The translations under genes and the position numbers were made by a program. A DNA stretch of 64,000 nucleotides from an uncultured Clostridium sp. (GTDB lineage Bacteria > Bacillota > Clostridia > TANB77 > CAG-508). The stretch covers positions 21,326 through 85,325 of the forward strand of contig URYN01000008.1 in the NCBI GenBank assembly GCA_900552135.1, written 5' to 3'. This document shows, piece after piece, positions 7,512 to 17,069 of the stretch. Position 1 is the stretch's first letter; every line of letters starts with the position of its first letter. The notes below the pieces were generated by a model. The model worked only from the letters and a program-made list of their open reading frames with translations. It was not told the origin of the DNA and ran no database searches.

Positions 7512-8654
7512 ATGAAAAGATTATTTACATCAGAGAGTGTTACAGGAGGACATCCGGATAAGCTATGTGATTATATATCGGATAGTATTCTGGATAGTTA
7601 TTTGGCAAAAGATAAGAATGCTAGAGTTGCTTGCGAAACCGTTGCGGGCAAAGGAGAAATTTATATAACTGGAGAAATTACATCGACTGCAAATGTTGAT
7701 ATTGAGCAGGTTGTGAGAGACACCATAAAAGAGGTTGGTTATGCAGATAGTGGGTACGATATTGATTACAGAACTTGCAAAATATACATAAGCTTATCTA
7801 AACAATCTCCTGATATTGCACAAGGAGTTGATAAATCGCTTGAAGATAAAGAAGGACAAGATGTTGAATCTGAAGGAGCCGGTGATCAAGGCTTAATGTT
7901 TGGTTATGCTTGTGATGAAACAGAGGAGTTAATGCCTCTTCCAATTTTGCTTGCACACAAGCTTTCTAAGAGATTGACTGAAGTTAGAAAAGAAAAAATA
8001 ATAGATTATTTAAGACCAGATGGTAAGACACAGGTTACAGTTGAATATGATGGAGACAAGCCTGTAAGAGTGGATACTATTGTTGTTTCTACACAACATC
8101 TACCTGATGTTGATATGGATATTTTAAAAAATGACATAATTAAAAAAGTTATAAAACCAACAGTTCCAGCCAATTTATTAGATGAAAACACAAAATATTT
8201 TATTAATCCAACAGGAAGATTTGTAATAGGTGGACCTCTTGGGGACAGTGGTCTTACAGGTAGAAAAATAATAGTTGATACTTATGGCGGAGCTGCAAGA
8301 CATGGTGGAGGAGCTTTTTCAGGAAAAGATCCTACAAAGGTTGACCGTTCGGCTTCTTATATGGCAAGACATATTGCAAAAAATATTGTTGCAAATGGTT
8401 ATGCAAAGAGATGCGAAATACAAATAGCATACAGCATTGGTGTGGCAAAACCAGTATCAATATATGTAAATACTTATGGAACCAATACAATTCCAGAAGA
8501 AGAGATTATAGAAAAAATAAATAATACATTTGATTTAACACCAAGAGGAATAATAAATTATCTTGATTTACAAAGGCCAATTTATAGACAAACAACAAAC
8601 TACGGTCATTTTGGAAAAAAAGACCTACCTTGGGAGAAAATTATAAAATTTTAA
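7512..8654 (+). CDS. metK: S-adenosylmethionine synthetase
   Basis: [21 protein letters not shown]-terminus, [16 protein letters not shown] and other MetK signature blocks; RBS GGAGGAG. Confidence 0.95.
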   Translation: MKRLFTSESVTGGHPDKLCDYISDSILDSYLAKDKNARVACETVAGKGEIYITGEITSTANVDIEQVVRDTIKEVGYADSGYDIDYRTCKIYISLSKQSPDIAQGVDKSLEDKEGQDVESEGAGDQGLMFGYACDETEELMPLPILLAHKLSKRLTEVRKEKIIDYLRPDGKTQVTVEYDGDKPVRVDTIVVSTQHLPDVDMDILKNDIIKKVIKPTVPANLLDENTKYFINPTGRFVIGGPLGDSGLTGRKIIVDTYGGAARHGGGAFSGKDPTKVDRSASYMARHIAKNIVANGYAKRCEIQIAYSIGVAKPVSIYVNTYGTNTIPEEEIIEKINNTFDLTPRGIINYLDLQRPIYRQTTNYGHFGKKDLPWEKIIKF

Positions 8655-8683
8655 TTGACTGTACCAGTAATAAACAAAAAGAA

Positions 8684-8712
8684 TTGACATAATATTAAAA
8701 AAGATGTATACT
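8684..8712 (+). promoter_or_regulatory. Sigma-A-like promoter TTGACA-17-TATACT for Spo0A_C gene
   Basis: Read directly. Confidence 0.5.
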
Positions 8713-8756
8713 AGAAATATCAGGGATAACCTGAAAACAAAAAAGGAGATGCAAAC

Positions 8757-9218
8757 ATGATTTCAAAAGATGAGAAAAAATTCTTGGAAGAAACTAGGGA
8801 CGATCTTAAGCGGATTCTTAGACGCATCGAATGCACTCTAGCAGTTGATGCCACTAGCAGCTATGACGCAATGGAGGACCAAAGCAAAAGCGAAGAATAT
8901 ATTGTTACGCAATACCTAATGAAACTTGGAGTACCTACATCTGTAACAGGATTTGGGTATATAAAGAGTGGAGTTCTCTATCTCCTCAAAGAAGAGAACA
9001 GGAGAGTACTTGTAACAAGGGAACTCTATCCGAAAATTGCAGAAGAATACAATTCATCAGTATCAAAAGTGGAACGTGCAATTCGCACAGCAATTGGAAA
9101 GGCAGAGAGGAGATGTACTAAAGAGTTACAAATAATCTTGTATGATCGTGAAGAGCTTAGGCTTACTAACATGGAATTCATAACACTGGTTACAGAAAAG
9201 ATTAGATTGGGATTATAA
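8757..9218 (+). CDS. Spo0A C-terminal (DNA-binding) domain-only protein, no receiver domain
   Basis: ELYPKIAEEYNSSVSKVERAIRTAI and NMEFITLVTEKIRL match the Spo0A_C effector domain recognition helix region; 153 aa, too short for a receiver domain. Confidence 0.7.
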   Translation: MISKDEKKFLEETRDDLKRILRRIECTLAVDATSSYDAMEDQSKSEEYIVTQYLMKLGVPTSVTGFGYIKSGVLYLLKEENRRVLVTRELYPKIAEEYNSSVSKVERAIRTAIGKAERRCTKELQIILYDREELRLTNMEFITLVTEKIRLGL

Positions 9219-9227
9219 CAGCATCTC

Positions 9228-9268
9228 GGGGGAAGGACACTCGCAGTTGAGTGTCTTTCCCCATTTTG
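9228..9268 (+). terminator. Intrinsic terminator (GGGGGAAGGACACTC-loop-GAGTGTCTTTCCCC + ATTTTG)
   Basis: 14-bp stem with one G-U pair. Confidence 0.65.
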
Positions 9269-9387
9269 ACGATAATTATTTCAAAATTCAACCATTGAAT
9301 ATAAAACATTTTATACTAGCAGGTCAGTCTTATATAATTTTACGATTTTTATGATACAATGTAAAAAAATTGCAAAAGGAGCAACAC

Positions 9388-10383
9388 ATGAAAAAGAAAA
9401 ACATTATAAAAAAGATATTAATTACACTACTAATTATAGTTATAATTATCGTATTAGCAACCATAGGAATAGGGAACTATTTTGTTAATTATGCAATATT
9501 AAGAACAGGAAATGGTGGAGATAGAGAAGTAAAAAATACAGAAGTAGTAGAAGTTGCAAGTATCGATAACGAAATAGAAAAAATCATAGAAAAAAATAGA
9601 AAACAGGAAAAGCAACATGCAAGTGAGTGGTCAGATACTGTAAAAAACGAAAAAGTTGAAGTTACTGCAAAAGATGGAATAACTTTAAAAGGAACGGAGT
9701 ATATAAACGACGAGCAAACTAATAATTGGGTAATTGTTTTGCATGGCTATCGCTCAAGTCCAGAATCTGTAATTTCAGTAGGAATGCATTTCTCAGAAAA
9801 AGGATATAATGTGCTAATTCCATATATGAGGGCAACTGGTGAGAGTGAAGGCGAATATATAGGAATGGGCTGGTTAGATAAAGATGATTTAAAATGCTGG
9901 ATAGACTTAATCATAAAACAAAATAATAATGCAAATATTGTATTACATGGCTCGTCAATGGGAGCTGCAACAGTGCTTATGGCATCAGGTGACGAACTTT
10001 CAAGCAATGTAAAAGCAATAATAGAAGATAGTGGATATACATCAGTATGGGATATATTCGCCTCAGAAGCTAAAGCTAGATTTAATTTGCCAGAATTTCC
10101 GGTATTAAATATGTTTGAAGTAGTTGCAAATTTCAGGGCAAAATACGATATTAAAGAAGCATCAGCATTAGAGCAAGTGAAAAAAGCAACTGTTCCAATA
10201 TTATTTATTCATGGAGATAATGATGACTTTGTTCCGGAGTATATGTGTGAAAAATTATATGAAGCAGCTAATTGCAAGAAAGACAAACTGATAATACATG
10301 GTGCTGGGCATACTGAATCAAGATATAGAGAGCCAGATACATATTATAATAAGATATTTGAATTCTTAAGTGATATAAGATAA
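9388..10383 (+). CDS. Membrane-anchored alpha/beta hydrolase (S9/BAAT-like)
   Basis: N-terminal TM helix; HGYRSS...LHGSSMGAAT nucleophile elbow; FIHGDNDDFV; start ATG 9388 after AAAGGAG. Confidence 0.7.
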   Translation: MKKKNIIKKILITLLIIVIIIVLATIGIGNYFVNYAILRTGNGGDREVKNTEVVEVASIDNEIEKIIEKNRKQEKQHASEWSDTVKNEKVEVTAKDGITLKGTEYINDEQTNNWVIVLHGYRSSPESVISVGMHFSEKGYNVLIPYMRATGESEGEYIGMGWLDKDDLKCWIDLIIKQNNNANIVLHGSSMGAATVLMASGDELSSNVKAIIEDSGYTSVWDIFASEAKARFNLPEFPVLNMFEVVANFRAKYDIKEASALEQVKKATVPILFIHGDNDDFVPEYMCEKLYEAANCKKDKLIIHGAGHTESRYREPDTYYNKIFEFLSDIR

Positions 10384-10390
10384 ATATTAA

Positions 10391-10423
10391 AAGCAGATAA
10401 TTGATTGAAAATTATCTGCTTTT
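10391..10423 (+). repeat. Hairpin/terminator AAGCAGATAATTGATTGAAAATTATCTGCTTTT (CAGATAATTGATTG family, copy A)
   Basis: 12-bp stem + T-run; 14-nt core identical to copy at 19463. Confidence 0.7.
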
Positions 10424-10482
10424 GTGATATAAAAATGATGAAAAGGTATTGTGAGCTAAAGAATGAAGAGAGGCATATAAAT

Positions 10483-11067
10483 ATGAAAATAGAACAACAA
10501 AATCATATAAAAGAATTTTTAAATGAAGAATTTGGAGCAGATAAAGGACAAGAATTATTTAATAAGCAAGAAATGATACTTGCTGAAATTATTAAAAATA
10601 TAAAAGACAAATCAGAAAATCAGAGAGAAACTCTTATTCAAACAATTATGCCTAGAATAGCATTATATAAAGCTATGTTACAAGATGGATTGCCATCAGA
10701 AGATGTATATAAGCATATGCAAAAATACATGATGGATATAGTTGCAAAACAAAAGCATTTATCTATGGTAAAAATGGAAAAGATACCATGTTTCTATTTC
10801 CTTTATAGTAATATATTTCTTAAAGTTGTGCACAAAACTGACTTGTGGGAGAGTACACAAAAACATGGCAAGGATTACTTTGATGTAACAATGAAGAAGT
10901 GCCTTTGGCATACGGCTTGCGTAGAAAATGATTGTGCAGAATTATGCCATCTTTTCTGCGACGTAGATAATGTGACTTATGGAGAACTTAAAAAGTTAGG
11001 ATTTTCACGAACAAAAACTTTAGGCTATGGCGGAGATTGTTGTGATTTTCATTTCTACAGAAAATAA
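10483..11067 (+). CDS. Hypothetical protein, L-2-amino-thiazoline-4-carboxylic acid hydrolase-like (ATC_hydrolase family), Cys-rich C-terminus
   Basis: Family resemblance from memory only; start ATG 10483. Confidence 0.4.
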   Translation: MKIEQQNHIKEFLNEEFGADKGQELFNKQEMILAEIIKNIKDKSENQRETLIQTIMPRIALYKAMLQDGLPSEDVYKHMQKYMMDIVAKQKHLSMVKMEKIPCFYFLYSNIFLKVVHKTDLWESTQKHGKDYFDVTMKKCLWHTACVENDCAELCHLFCDVDNVTYGELKKLGFSRTKTLGYGGDCCDFHFYRK

Positions 11068-11089
11068 ATTTGAAAGGAAACAAAAGAAT

Positions 11090-12409
11090 ATGAAAGAGAA
11101 AGGTGTATTACTTCCAATATTTTCACTTCCAAGTAAATATGGAATTGGAGATTTTGGATACGAAGCATATGAATTTATAGATATATTAAGTAAAAATAAC
11201 ATAAGATATTGGGAGATTTTGCCGATAAATGAGTGCAATACCCATCCATATTCACCTGTAAGCTATTACGCTCTTGAGGAGGAATACATTTCGCTTGATA
11301 AACTAGCTGAACAAGGACTAATAAAAGAAGCTGAGACCCGTCCAAATAAAGACAGAGCAATATATGATGACTTTAAGGAAAAATATTATAAAGAGGCTTT
11401 TGAAAATTTTAAACCTGACAACAAATTCAAAAAGTTTATTAAAATAGATGAAATAGATAAATATGCAGAGTTTGCACATATAAAAAAAGGTAAAAGTAAA
11501 GAATACTATTTATTTTTACAATATATTCTGTATACTCAATGGATGGAATTAAAACAATATGCAAACGAAAAGAATGTTCAAATTATTGGAGATATGCCAG
11601 TGTATCCTGTTTTTGATTCTGTTGAAACACGATATTATCCTGAATATTTTGAAATGAAAGATGGCAAATTCACTTTTGAAGCTGGAACACCACCAGATTA
11701 TTTCAATCAAAATGGACAAAAGTGGAATAGCCCAGTATATAACGTTGAAAACATCAAGAAAGATAAATACAAATATTTGACAAAGAGATTCAAATATCAA
11801 TTGAATTTGTTTGATAAGCTAAGAATAGATTATTTTAGAGGATATGATTCTTTTTTCAAAATTCCAATTGGAAAAACTGGGAGAGAGGGCTCATACTCTG
11901 ATGGTGTAAGCTATGGATTTTTTGATGAACTTTTCAAAGATAAAACAGTAAATCCAGAAAAATTGATAGTTGAAGATTTAGGCGAAATTAGAGAAGGAAC
12001 CATTGCACTACGTAAAAAATATGGATTTACAAGACAAAAAATATTGCAATTTTCAATCGATTTGGATAACTTATATGACAGAGATAATGAAGAGGAAAAT
12101 GTTCTTATTTTCCCAGGAAATCATGACTGCAACACAATTTATGGTTGGTATAAGACATTAAGTGACGACCATAAATGGAAATTGAAAGAATTCTTAAAGA
12201 AAAATGAATGCTATGAAATAAACGTAAACATTGGAATTATGCAATATCTATCAAGATGCAAAGCTAAAATGCCAATTATTATGGTTCAAGATATATTAGG
12301 ATTAGATGAAAATTCAAGAATAAATATTCCGGGCATAGAAAGTGATAAAAATTGGTCTTGGAAATTAATTGATTTTAAAGATTTAGAAGAAAGAATTAAG
12401 GATTATTAA
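11090..12409 (+). CDS. malQ: 4-alpha-glucanotransferase (amylomaltase, GH77)
   Basis: GVLLPIFSLPSKYGIGDFG...WEILPIN N-terminal GH77 signature; start ATG 11090 (upstream ORF extension overlaps previous gene). Confidence 0.8.
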   Translation: MKEKGVLLPIFSLPSKYGIGDFGYEAYEFIDILSKNNIRYWEILPINECNTHPYSPVSYYALEEEYISLDKLAEQGLIKEAETRPNKDRAIYDDFKEKYYKEAFENFKPDNKFKKFIKIDEIDKYAEFAHIKKGKSKEYYLFLQYILYTQWMELKQYANEKNVQIIGDMPVYPVFDSVETRYYPEYFEMKDGKFTFEAGTPPDYFNQNGQKWNSPVYNVENIKKDKYKYLTKRFKYQLNLFDKLRIDYFRGYDSFFKIPIGKTGREGSYSDGVSYGFFDELFKDKTVNPEKLIVEDLGEIREGTIALRKKYGFTRQKILQFSIDLDNLYDRDNEEENVLIFPGNHDCNTIYGWYKTLSDDHKWKLKEFLKKNECYEINVNIGIMQYLSRCKAKMPIIMVQDILGLDENSRINIPGIESDKNWSWKLIDFKDLEERIKDY

Positions 12410-12568
12410 AATAATAAGATGATATTAGTACAATATAATAGATAGTAAATTTTGTGAGGAAACAATTATATGGATATATGGGAGGAATTGATAATTATCT
12501 ATTTTTATGATATAAGATAATAGAAAGTAAATTTCGATACATTAAAAATAGAGAAAAGGGGAAAGGCA

Positions 12569-13459
12569 ATGAGTTTAGTTTTAAAAAATGTATCCAAGTC
12601 ATTTGCTGGTAAAAAGGCAGTAGACAATATTTCCTTTAGTTTAACAAAACCAGGTGTATATGGCTTGCTTGGAACTAATGGAGCAGGAAAGACTACAACA
12701 ATCAGAATGCTACTTGGAATTATAAAAAAGGATAGTGGAGAAATTACATGGAAAGGAAAGCCTGTAGATAGAAAATCTGTTAGATTTGGATATTTACCAG
12801 AAGAGAGGGGAGTATATCCCAAAACAAAAATATTTGACCAATTAATGTATTTCGCAGAATTAAAAGGAATGCAAAAAGATGAAGCGACCAGTTCAATAAA
12901 CAAATGGGCTAAAGAACTAAAGGTGGAAGAATATTTGCAGATGCCAGCCGAAAAATTATCAAAAGGAAATCAGCAGAAAATACAATTCATGACTGCAATT
13001 ATACACGATCCAGAGTTAGTGGTATTAGATGAGCCATTTAGTGGACTAGATCCGGTTAATACAGAAATACTAAAAAATATTATTATTAATTTAATAAAGA
13101 ATGGAAAATACATAATAATGTCAGCACACCAAATGGCGACGATTGAAAAATTTTGCAGTGATATTTTAATATTGAATAAAGGCAAAACTGTATTGCAAGG
13201 CAATCTGAAAGAAATAAAAGAAAAATATCCCGCAAATAGAGTAGAAATAGATGTAAAACAAGATATTAAAAAATACATTGAAGATTTTAATTTAGAGATA
13301 GAAACTGAAACAAACAATAACTATATTATAAAAATATCAGATGAAGAAAAAGCACATAAATTATTAAATAAACTTGTTGCAGATGGAATTAATATTGACA
13401 AATTTGAAATTAAGAAACCTACACTAAACGATATTTTTATAGAAAAGGTAGGCGAATAA
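12569..13459 (+). CDS. ABC transporter ATP-binding protein (ABC-2 type)
   Basis: Walker A GTNGAGKTT, signature LSKGNQQK, Walker B VVLDEPFSGLD. Confidence 0.85.
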   Translation: MSLVLKNVSKSFAGKKAVDNISFSLTKPGVYGLLGTNGAGKTTTIRMLLGIIKKDSGEITWKGKPVDRKSVRFGYLPEERGVYPKTKIFDQLMYFAELKGMQKDEATSSINKWAKELKVEEYLQMPAEKLSKGNQQKIQFMTAIIHDPELVVLDEPFSGLDPVNTEILKNIIINLIKNGKYIIMSAHQMATIEKFCSDILILNKGKTVLQGNLKEIKEKYPANRVEIDVKQDIKKYIEDFNLEIETETNNNYIIKISDEEKAHKLLNKLVADGINIDKFEIKKPTLNDIFIEKVGE

Positions 13460-13461
13460 TA

Positions 13462-14694
13462 ATGAGAGATATTTTTACAGTAATGAAATTTACCATGAAA
13501 GATATGGTTAAAAGAAAATCGTTTATAATATCAACATTAATAATTTTGATTTTTATAGTAGTTGGTTTTAATGTACCAAATTTAATTAAAAGCTTTAATG
13601 GAGATAATTCTGGAAATAAATTATTAATAATAGACAGTAAAAATGTATTTGAGGGAACATTAGAAAACTTAAAACAGATGGATTTAGGTTATGAGTTTGA
13701 AATAACAAATGAAGATTTGAAATTTGAAGATGTAAAGAAAAAAATAGAAAATGAAGAAATAAAAGAAGCGATAATTATAAATCAAGAAAATGAAAAAATA
13801 AAAGTATTATATATTGTAGAAAATAAAACAACGATGAGCGAAGTGCCAGAAGGATGTATGAATGCTCTAACATCATTATACTCCAATTTAAAAATATCTA
13901 AATTAGGACTAACAGAACAACAATTGCAATCGATTACTCCAAACTTTGAGTTTGACATAGAACAAACAGAGGAAAAGAGTGCGAGTGGAAATATTTTGGT
14001 AATGATGCTAATGTCGATAGTATTATTCTATGCGATATACTTTTGTGCATATCAAGTATCAAGCTCGATAACAACAGAGAAAACTTCAAAAATAATTGAA
14101 ACACTTGTAACATCTACAAGCCCTAAAACAATAGTGCTTGGAAAGACAATAGGAATCGGACTAGTTGGCTTAGCACAGATGATATTAATAGTTGCAACAG
14201 CTTTAATAAGTGCTAAAACATTTTTAGAACCAGGAGTGCTAGATTCTGTTTTGGATATGTCTAATGTTACACCATATTTAGGAATAATGACTGCAATTTA
14301 TTTTGTACTAGGCTATTTGGATTATGCTTTATTATATGCACTAACTGGCTCTACAGTAAGCAAACCAGAAGATATACAATCTGCTAATTCGCCTGTTGCA
14401 TTACTAGCAGTAATCGGATTTTATTTATCATATTTCACTATGATGAATCCTACAAGCAAGCTTAATCTGTTTGCATCATTATTTCCAATATCATCACCAT
14501 TTTGTATGCCATTTAGAATTATGATGGGACTCGCAAATTCTACAGACGTAATAATTTCAATTGCAATTTTAGTTGTTACAATAATTGTTATTGCTAATGT
14601 TGCTATAAAAATATACTCAAATGCAATACTGAACTATGGTACAAAGATGAACATTAAAGATATTATAAAAATGTATAAAGAAAAACAAAGCTAA
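13462..14694 (+). CDS. ABC-2 family transporter permease
   Basis: Translationally coupled to ATPase (3-nt gap); N-terminal TM, large extracytoplasmic loop, 5 C-terminal TMs. Confidence 0.7.
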   Translation: MRDIFTVMKFTMKDMVKRKSFIISTLIILIFIVVGFNVPNLIKSFNGDNSGNKLLIIDSKNVFEGTLENLKQMDLGYEFEITNEDLKFEDVKKKIENEEIKEAIIINQENEKIKVLYIVENKTTMSEVPEGCMNALTSLYSNLKISKLGLTEQQLQSITPNFEFDIEQTEEKSASGNILVMMLMSIVLFYAIYFCAYQVSSSITTEKTSKIIETLVTSTSPKTIVLGKTIGIGLVGLAQMILIVATALISAKTFLEPGVLDSVLDMSNVTPYLGIMTAIYFVLGYLDYALLYALTGSTVSKPEDIQSANSPVALLAVIGFYLSYFTMMNPTSKLNLFASLFPISSPFCMPFRIMMGLANSTDVIISIAILVVTIIVIANVAIKIYSNAILNYGTKMNIKDIIKMYKEKQS

Positions 14695-14834
14695 TCTTTA
14701 TTAAAAAAATATAAAAAAGACTTACGAAAAAATTAAATGTGTGCTATAATTGCAAATGAAAAAAATTACTAATATTTTAAAATTATGCAAGTACGAAGGA
14801 ATACATTGCTAAATAACTATAAAGGAGTATAAAG

Positions 14835-15143
14835 ATGGAAATAAACGAAGAAAAAAGAATTAAATTTATGGAATATGCAGGAAAAAGAGTAAATAATGTA
14901 TTACATGACATACAAATATTAGAGCCTATGGCAAGAAGCAACTCTTATGATTTCACAAGAGAAGATGTGGAAAAAATGTTTACAGCTATACAAAATACTT
15001 TAGATACAGTAAAAGAAGAATACAATAAAAAGTTTGAACAAAAAGCAAAATCGGAGAAAAAACTTTTCTCTTTTGATGATGTTATAGTGCCTTCGCAAGA
15101 AAATGAAAGTAATGTAGAAGAAGTTGCTACAGAAAATAATTAA
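14835..15143 (+). CDS. Hypothetical small acidic protein
   Basis: ORF with RBS AAAGGAG; no family recognised. Confidence 0.4.
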   Translation: MEINEEKRIKFMEYAGKRVNNVLHDIQILEPMARSNSYDFTREDVEKMFTAIQNTLDTVKEEYNKKFEQKAKSEKKLFSFDDVIVPSQENESNVEEVATENN

Positions 15144-15173
15144 ATAAAATTGGTTAATACAATATATTATTTT

Positions 15174-15208
15174 AGAGAACTGCTTGAAATATAGTAGTTC
15201 TCTTTAGT
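15174..15208 (+). repeat. Terminator-like hairpin with TATAAT directly downstream (module copy 1)
   Basis: 19 nt identical to 18005-18023 (CTTGAAATATAGTAGTTCT). Confidence 0.65.
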
Positions 15209-15238
15209 ATAATTAAAATATCAAAAATAATTAAAAAA

Positions 15239-15616
15239 TTGAACAAAGAAAGAAATGGAGAAAATTCTTATTCTGCGATATTTGCTGGTCAAGATGTAAA
15301 ATTTGATGGAGAAAAATTTATAGGAGCTGATTTAACGGCAGTATTTGGCGGAGTAAAATGCGATTTAAGAAACGCAATTATAGAATCAGATGTTGTAATT
15401 AATACAAGCAGTACATTTGGAGGAATAGAAATTTGCGTGCCAGCAAACGTAAAGGTAAAAATTAAATCTGTTCCTATATTCGGCGGAGTTGACAATAAAG
15501 CAAACACCCAAGCAGACGAAAATAGTCATACAATCTATATAAACAGTACAACTGTATTTGGAGGTGTTGAAATAAAAAGTGGGGAAAGAGGCAACTTCAA
15601 TGAAGCTAGTAAATAA
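15239..15616 (+). CDS. Hypothetical protein with LiaF-C/DUF4097-like beta-repeat (VFGGV...) domain, TTG start, no TM segment
   Basis: Repeated (V/I)FGG(V/I) strands; may be an N-terminally truncated gene. Confidence 0.3.
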   Translation: MNKERNGENSYSAIFAGQDVKFDGEKFIGADLTAVFGGVKCDLRNAIIESDVVINTSSTFGGIEICVPANVKVKIKSVPIFGGVDNKANTQADENSHTIYINSTTVFGGVEIKSGERGNFNEASK

Positions 15617-16277
15617 TCAATTTAAAACAAGTGATAACAATATAATTAATTATTATGAGATAAAGAATAGTAACCATACGTTGTTACTTATTCATGCTCA
15701 AGGTACAAATGCAATGAGCTATTTAAAGGTAGCCAAAAAACTTTCAAAAAAATTTCATGTAATTTTAGTAGATTGTTATGGCCATGGAAAAAGCTCGCAC
15801 AATAAAGAAAAAGATTTTGTATATTACTATTTTATGAATCAATATTGTTGGAACTTCTTCCCAGAGGATTCGAGAGAAAAAATCAAAAATAAATTAGGAG
15901 AGTTCGCACTAAGATATAGAAAAGCACATCCAGACAAAACTCTAAAAGTTCCATTTTGGCCTAAGAAATTTCTAGAAGCATTTAAAGGACTAAATGAATA
16001 TGATGCATATTTTGGAGAAGCTTTTTATGACAATTCATTTAATAGTGGTATAGATTATAATGAATTACTTTCAAATATAAAATGCAATACTTTATTTATG
16101 AAAGCTAAAACTGTAATTGGAGAAGATGGACTCGTTCAAGGTGCCTTAACAGATGAAGATTTACAACAAGTAACTACTTTAATTAAAAATATAAAAGTAG
16201 AATATTTTGATTGTGGACATGGAATACATAGCGAAAAACCAAAAGAATTTATTAAAGCAATTACTAGTAAATCTTAA
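15600..16277 (+). CDS. Alpha/beta-hydrolase-fold protein apparently lacking the GxSxG nucleophile
   Basis: LLLIHAQGTNAMSY...VDCYGHGKSS N-terminal a/b hydrolase blocks but no nucleophile elbow found in the remainder. Confidence 0.45.
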   Translation: MKLVNNQFKTSDNNIINYYEIKNSNHTLLLIHAQGTNAMSYLKVAKKLSKKFHVILVDCYGHGKSSHNKEKDFVYYYFMNQYCWNFFPEDSREKIKNKLGEFALRYRKAHPDKTLKVPFWPKKFLEAFKGLNEYDAYFGEAFYDNSFNSGIDYNELLSNIKCNTLFMKAKTVIGEDGLVQGALTDEDLQQVTTLIKNIKVEYFDCGHGIHSEKPKEFIKAITSKS

Positions 16278-16289
16278 TATTATGATGTC

Positions 16290-16547
16290 TTGAAAAAATT
16301 AGGATACGAAATACTTCCTAAAGGCGAATATGAAAACTGTGTTAATAAAAAGAATTTATGTGCATTTATTTACAGATTTATGTTTTCTAATTTTATAGGA
16401 AAAATAGGAATATCAGACCATGCAATGAGTGCAAAAGAAGAATTTATACTTTTGGAAAGTGAATTTGAAAAACTAAAGGAAAAATCAGGTATTGAAACTA
16501 AAGTATATGACGAGCTAAAATTAGAATTGTTAAATTATAAAGAGTAA
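16290..16547 (+). CDS. Hypothetical small protein (TTG start)
   Basis: ORF only. Confidence 0.25.
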   Translation: MKKLGYEILPKGEYENCVNKKNLCAFIYRFMFSNFIGKIGISDHAMSAKEEFILLESEFEKLKEKSGIETKVYDELKLELLNYKE

Positions 16548-16660
16548 TTTTTTGTGATTTGCTAAAGAAATAATAATTTGCTACTGAGAGTATTTCAAAG
16601 TAATATACATATTTACAAAAGAAGTCATTTATGTTACAATGCAAACTGGAGGTAGAAAAA

Positions 16661-17002
16661 ATGGAACATATATTAAAATTGCAGCCTAAATATTTCGAGT
16701 ATATTAAAAATGGTACAAAAAGAATAGAATTGAGATTGTATGATGAAAAAAGACAAAAAATTGCTATTGGAGACACCATAATTTTTCAAAAAGAACCAGA
16801 GCTAGAAGATACTATGAGAGTTAAAGTTATAGGCTTGGTAAGATATAATACATTTGAAGAATTATTTAAAGATTTTGATATAGAAATGATGGCTGATAAA
16901 TCAATGACAAAACAAGAATTACTAAGTGTTCTAGAAGAATTTTATACACCAGAGAAACAAAAACAATATGGTGTTGTTGGAATACGAATTGAAAAAATAT
17001 AA
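16661..17002 (+). CDS. ASCH domain protein
   Basis: KYFEYIKNGTKRIELRLYDEKR...GDTIIF typical ASCH beta-barrel start; ATG 16661 after GGAGGT. Confidence 0.6.
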   Translation: MEHILKLQPKYFEYIKNGTKRIELRLYDEKRQKIAIGDTIIFQKEPELEDTMRVKVIGLVRYNTFEELFKDFDIEMMADKSMTKQELLSVLEEFYTPEKQKQYGVVGIRIEKI

Positions 17003-17006
17003 TTAA

Positions 17007-17052
17007 AACACACTCAAAAATTCATTTGAATCTAAGAGTGTGTTTTGTTTTG
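17007..17052. terminator. Bidirectional intrinsic terminator between convergent ASCH genes (AACACACTC...GAGTGTGTT + T-run)
   Basis: 9-bp stem, T-rich 3' side. Confidence 0.6.
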
Positions 17053-17069
17053 CCTGGACTGATTGAAAA

